Made by a program: the position numbers and the translations under genes
Notes under the pieces: model-generated
What the model was told of the DNA's origin: nothing
The model's database searches: none
The model's input: the letters and a program-made list of their open reading frames with translations, nothing else
From: Coriobacteriia bacterium
GTDB taxonomy: Bacteria; Actinomycetota; Coriobacteriia; WRKU01; WQUG01
Reading direction: 5' to 3'
NCBI GenBank assembly: GCA_009779855.1
Contig: WRBC01000008.1
Location: 8,615 to 72,614, forward strand
DNA: 64,000 nt
In this document: piece by piece, positions 61,304-64,000 of the stretch
Numbering within the stretch: the stretch's first letter is position 1
Layout: each line of letters begins with the position of its first letter

Positions 61304-62720
61304 CACAATCCCTACTGTTGCCTTTACAACGCTTGGTTGCCCTAAGAACGAGGTTGATACCGACTTGATGCGTAGGGCGGTAGAGGCAGCTGGTTATTAT
61401 ACGCATGAGTGCACTGATTTGCCCGCACCTAATGCGCCTACAGACATGGCCAACGACTCTCTAAATGTGGCCAATTGCTCTGCAGGTGTGGATAATGGTC
61501 CTGATGCAATTGTCGTGAATACCTGCTCATTCATTCAGGAAGCAACCGAAGCCTCTATAGAAGCAATCTTTGACGCGCTTGGTCTTGATGAAGAACGCTC
61601 TAGGTTACCCGTTATCGTTGCGGGATGCATTGTGAACAGATATGCCGACGATTTAACTAGCGAAATGCCAGAAGTGACTGCCCTTATAAAGGTTGGGGAT
61701 ACTAAGGCCCTCGTAAAGGCGCTTACAGACTGCCTGCCAGCAGGAGCATCCACACCTATTGTGCGCACCGAGGGTACTGTTCGCAGCTACGAATATTTAC
61801 GCATAGCGGACGGCTGTGACAGAAGGTGTACTTTCTGTATCATCCCAAGTATCCGCGGAGCCTATACCTCTCGAAGACCGGAAGACATTTTGACCCAAGC
61901 ACGCGATCTTGTTGCTGCGGGTACTTACGAACTTATTGTTATTGCGCAAGATATTGGTCGTTATGGCACAGACTTAGATGCGGACACAAGCGCAAACCTT
62001 GTTCAGCTCCTTAGTCAGCTAGCAGCAATTCCAGAGCTTAAGCGCTTACGTCTTATGTATCTGCAGCCAGAGGGACTTACTGACGAATTGCTTCAGACAA
62101 TGGCGGGATATCCTAACATTGTGCCTTATTTAGAGGTTCCTTTACAGCATATTGAGCCACGTATACTTAAGACTATGGGCAGAAATCCTCGTGATGTCCA
62201 GAATTTCGAGACTCAGCTAGCAAAAGCCCGTAAACTTATGCCGGAACTGGTTATACGAACCACTCTTATTGCGGGTTTTCCTGGGGAAACTGATGAAGAG
62301 TTCGCCCAACTCTGCAATTTTGTGGAACGCGCAAACTTGGACTACGTAGGTGTCTTTCCGTATTCACCTGAAGAAGGTACAATCGCAGCAAAGCTGCCAA
62401 ACCAGCTAGATGATATTGTACGGCTTGAGCGTGCTCAGCAGGTGCGTGACCTAGCAGACCAAATTGGCTGGCAGCGCATGGCTGATCGCATTGGACAACA
62501 AGCTGAAGTCCTTGTGGAGGGATATGATTCGGTAGAAAATGTTTTGATGGCACGTGCAGCATTTCAAGCACCTGATATTGACGGCATTGTACGGGTTACA
62601 CCACCAGAAGATAGGACCACAGAAGATTTCTTTACTGCTTATAAGCCTAATACCTATCTAATGGTTGAATTCACTGATGTTATACTTTATGACTTAGATG
62701 CTGTCATAGTGTCATCGTAA
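61257..62720 (+). CDS. rimO: Ribosomal protein S12 methylthiotransferase RimO (radical SAM MTTase)
   Basis: MTTase N-domain (TLGCPKNEVD), radical-SAM CxxxCxxC (CDRRCTFC) and a TRAM domain. It is RimO-like rather than MiaB (FPYSPEEGT). Alternative starts at TTG 61284 and GTG 61293 reduce the overlap with dut. Confidence 0.7.
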   Translation: MIPCAGRQDLALVATNTIPTVAFTTLGCPKNEVDTDLMRRAVEAAGYYTHECTDLPAPNAPTDMANDSLNVANCSAGVDNGPDAIVVNTCSFIQEATEASIEAIFDALGLDEERSRLPVIVAGCIVNRYADDLTSEMPEVTALIKVGDTKALVKALTDCLPAGASTPIVRTEGTVRSYEYLRIADGCDRRCTFCIIPSIRGAYTSRRPEDILTQARDLVAAGTYELIVIAQDIGRYGTDLDADTSANLVQLLSQLAAIPELKRLRLMYLQPEGLTDELLQTMAGYPNIVPYLEVPLQHIEPRILKTMGRNPRDVQNFETQLAKARKLMPELVIRTTLIAGFPGETDEEFAQLCNFVERANLDYVGVFPYSPEEGTIAAKLPNQLDDIVRLERAQQVRDLADQIGWQRMADRIGQQAEVLVEGYDSVENVLMARAAFQAPDIDGIVRVTPPEDRTTEDFFTAYKPNTYLMVEFTDVILYDLDAVIVSS

Positions 62721-62815
62721 TCTGTTTTGCTGGCTCGTGCTATGGTGCGGGGCCACAATTGTGATTTATTCCTTACAATGAGACGTAATAACCCTCGCTA
62801 TGAAGGGTAGGAGAA

Positions 62816-63490
62816 ATGTCGGAACAACTACACCACAACAGAGAAGTGACTGAAAAGGTCTTTCTAAAACTGAGTCTTGCTAGCAAGATAACGTTGGCAC
62901 GTGTGTTATTTATTCCTTTATTTTTGGCGGTGCTTCTGACTAATTGGCCCTTGTTATTGTTTCCCTATTTTGAGCTCGCGTACTCTTTACAGCCGTGGTT
63001 AGCAGCCCTAGTGTTTATCTTGATAGCAGCAACTGATGCTATTGATGGACATGTTGCGAGAAAGCGCAAAGAAGTAACAACCTTTGGAAAGTTTATTGAT
63101 CCTCTTGCTGACAAATTGCTTGTGACGGCAGCCTTGCTTGCCTTAGTGCAAATGGCAGTTTTGCCAGCATGGATAGCTTTCATTATTGTTGCGCGTGAGT
63201 TCATTATTAGTGGATTGCGTATGGTGGCGACAGCAAACGGCGGTATCATAGAGGTTTCTGGTTTAGGAAAACTTAAAACGGTACTGCAAAGTACTGCGAT
63301 TGTTATGTTTATCGTAAAAGACCATACAGGGATTCTGGGCATCCCTTCTTTACCCTTGATAGAGCAAGGTGTATCTCTTTTGGCATGGGCAGTGATGCTG
63401 GCAGCTGTGGCAATAACAGTTGTATCTTTATGGGACTACTACAAAAAGGTAAGCGAGTTCTTAAATGGTCCCTGGACGAAGGCAGATTGA
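62816..63490 (+). CDS. pgsA: CDP-diacylglycerol--glycerol-3-phosphate 3-phosphatidyltransferase
   Basis: ATDAIDGHVARKRKEVTTFGKFIDPLADKLL CDP-OH-P motif. PgsA size, with an N-terminal extra TM helix. Confidence 0.75.
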   Translation: MSEQLHHNREVTEKVFLKLSLASKITLARVLFIPLFLAVLLTNWPLLLFPYFELAYSLQPWLAALVFILIAATDAIDGHVARKRKEVTTFGKFIDPLADKLLVTAALLALVQMAVLPAWIAFIIVAREFIISGLRMVATANGGIIEVSGLGKLKTVLQSTAIVMFIVKDHTGILGIPSLPLIEQGVSLLAWAVMLAAVAITVVSLWDYYKKVSEFLNGPWTKAD

Positions 63491-63651
63491 GTCTTAGCTT
63501 ACTTTCTGCTTATGGTGGGCTTGTCTAGGTTGTCGAAGCTTTGACTTGCAAGAAAAATACATACTTTTAAAGTATGTATTTTTTAGTGTCATTTATAGCT
63601 TGACTAGTGCTACAATGAAAAGCTGTTCTTTGAGAGAAGGGAATAGCTTAA

Positions 63652-64000
63652 GTGACTTATTTAGATTACGCTGCAACAACCCCTGTTGATAAGCGTGTAC
63701 TGGAGTCCATGCTGCCTTACTTTTCCGAGCATTTTGGCAATGCGAATAGTCTCTATCAGGTAGGCCGTGATGCTTACCATGCTCTTGAAGCTGCTCGCGA
63801 AACAATTGCCAGTGGAATTGGAGCAGCAAGACCCTCTGAAATCATATTTACTTCTGGTGGTACAGAGGCTGACAATGCTGCCTTTGTCAGTGTATTGAAA
63901 CGTATTGCCCCTGATGGAGGACATTTAATTACCTCTGCCTATGAGCATCCGGGAATTCTTAACTTAGTTATATCTTTAGGTAAGCAAGGTTATGACATCA
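63652..64000 (+). CDS. Cysteine desulfurase (IscS/NifS family), 5' fragment continuing beyond the window
   Basis: Manual translation from GTG 63652: VTYLDYAATTPVDKRVLESMLPYFSEHFGNANSLYQVGRDAYHALEAARETIASGIGAARPSEIIFTSGGTEADNAA...; open to the window end. Confidence 0.75.
   Translation, partial: MTYLDYAATTPVDKRVLESMLPYFSEHFGNANSLYQVGRDAYHALEAARETIASGIGAARPSEIIFTSGGTEADNAAFVSVLKRIAPDGGHLITSAYEHPGILNLVISLGKQGYDI

Overview
This 64 kb window looks like a conserved chromosomal core region of a moderate-GC (~50%) actinobacterium, with no mobile elements, no CRISPR array and no tRNA or rRNA genes. The lineage call rests on three actinobacterial signatures: the conserved mIHF–gmk–rpoZ and tlyA–nadK–recN gene orders, a TopA with a lysine-rich C-terminal tail, and a coiled-coil NlpC/P60 (RipA-like) endopeptidase. 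Most genes are housekeeping and run almost entirely on the + strand. They include: ftsH–folE–folPK–panB–panC; feoAB; prfA, mIHF, gmk, rpoZ, thiI; topA, ltaE; rplM–rpsI, glmM, proS, rplU–rpmA–obg–proBA–nadD–yqeK–rsfS; pycBA, nusB, xseB, dxs, tlyA–nadK–recN; argS; nrdR–dut–rimO–pgsA. A minus-strand block encodes catalase, an OmpR-type two-component system with a small acidic secreted protein, and later a ccdA–tlpA thiol-reductant pair. The stretches that look non-housekeeping are: (1) a tightly overlapping three-gene operon next to feoAB encoding a nicotianamine-synthase-like SAM enzyme, an MprF-flippase-domain-like (LPG_synthase_TM/UPF0104) membrane protein and a CDP-alcohol phosphatidyltransferase, which I interpret as a candidate uncharacterised lipid head-group modification/translocation module; (2) triplicated DtxR/IdeR-type iron boxes upstream of feoAB; (3) a cell-surface block with a beta-helical Gly-rich wall protein, a RipA-like hydrolase and a ~1585-aa SpaA/CnaB-type adhesin that is split by a single-base frameshift in a T5 homopolymer, preceded by an inverted repeat that can sequester its Shine-Dalgarno, and where both surface proteins end in a non-canonical [S/G]PxTGD sorting-like signal; (4) an HTH protein plus beta-helical repeat protein pair with duplicated operator-like repeats; (5) a ProRS in which a Cys4 zinc knuckle replaces the editing domain, and an S9 carrying a histone-like AKKA-repeat N-terminal extension. 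All calls are from reading the ORF translations and the DNA by eye; no database searches were run.
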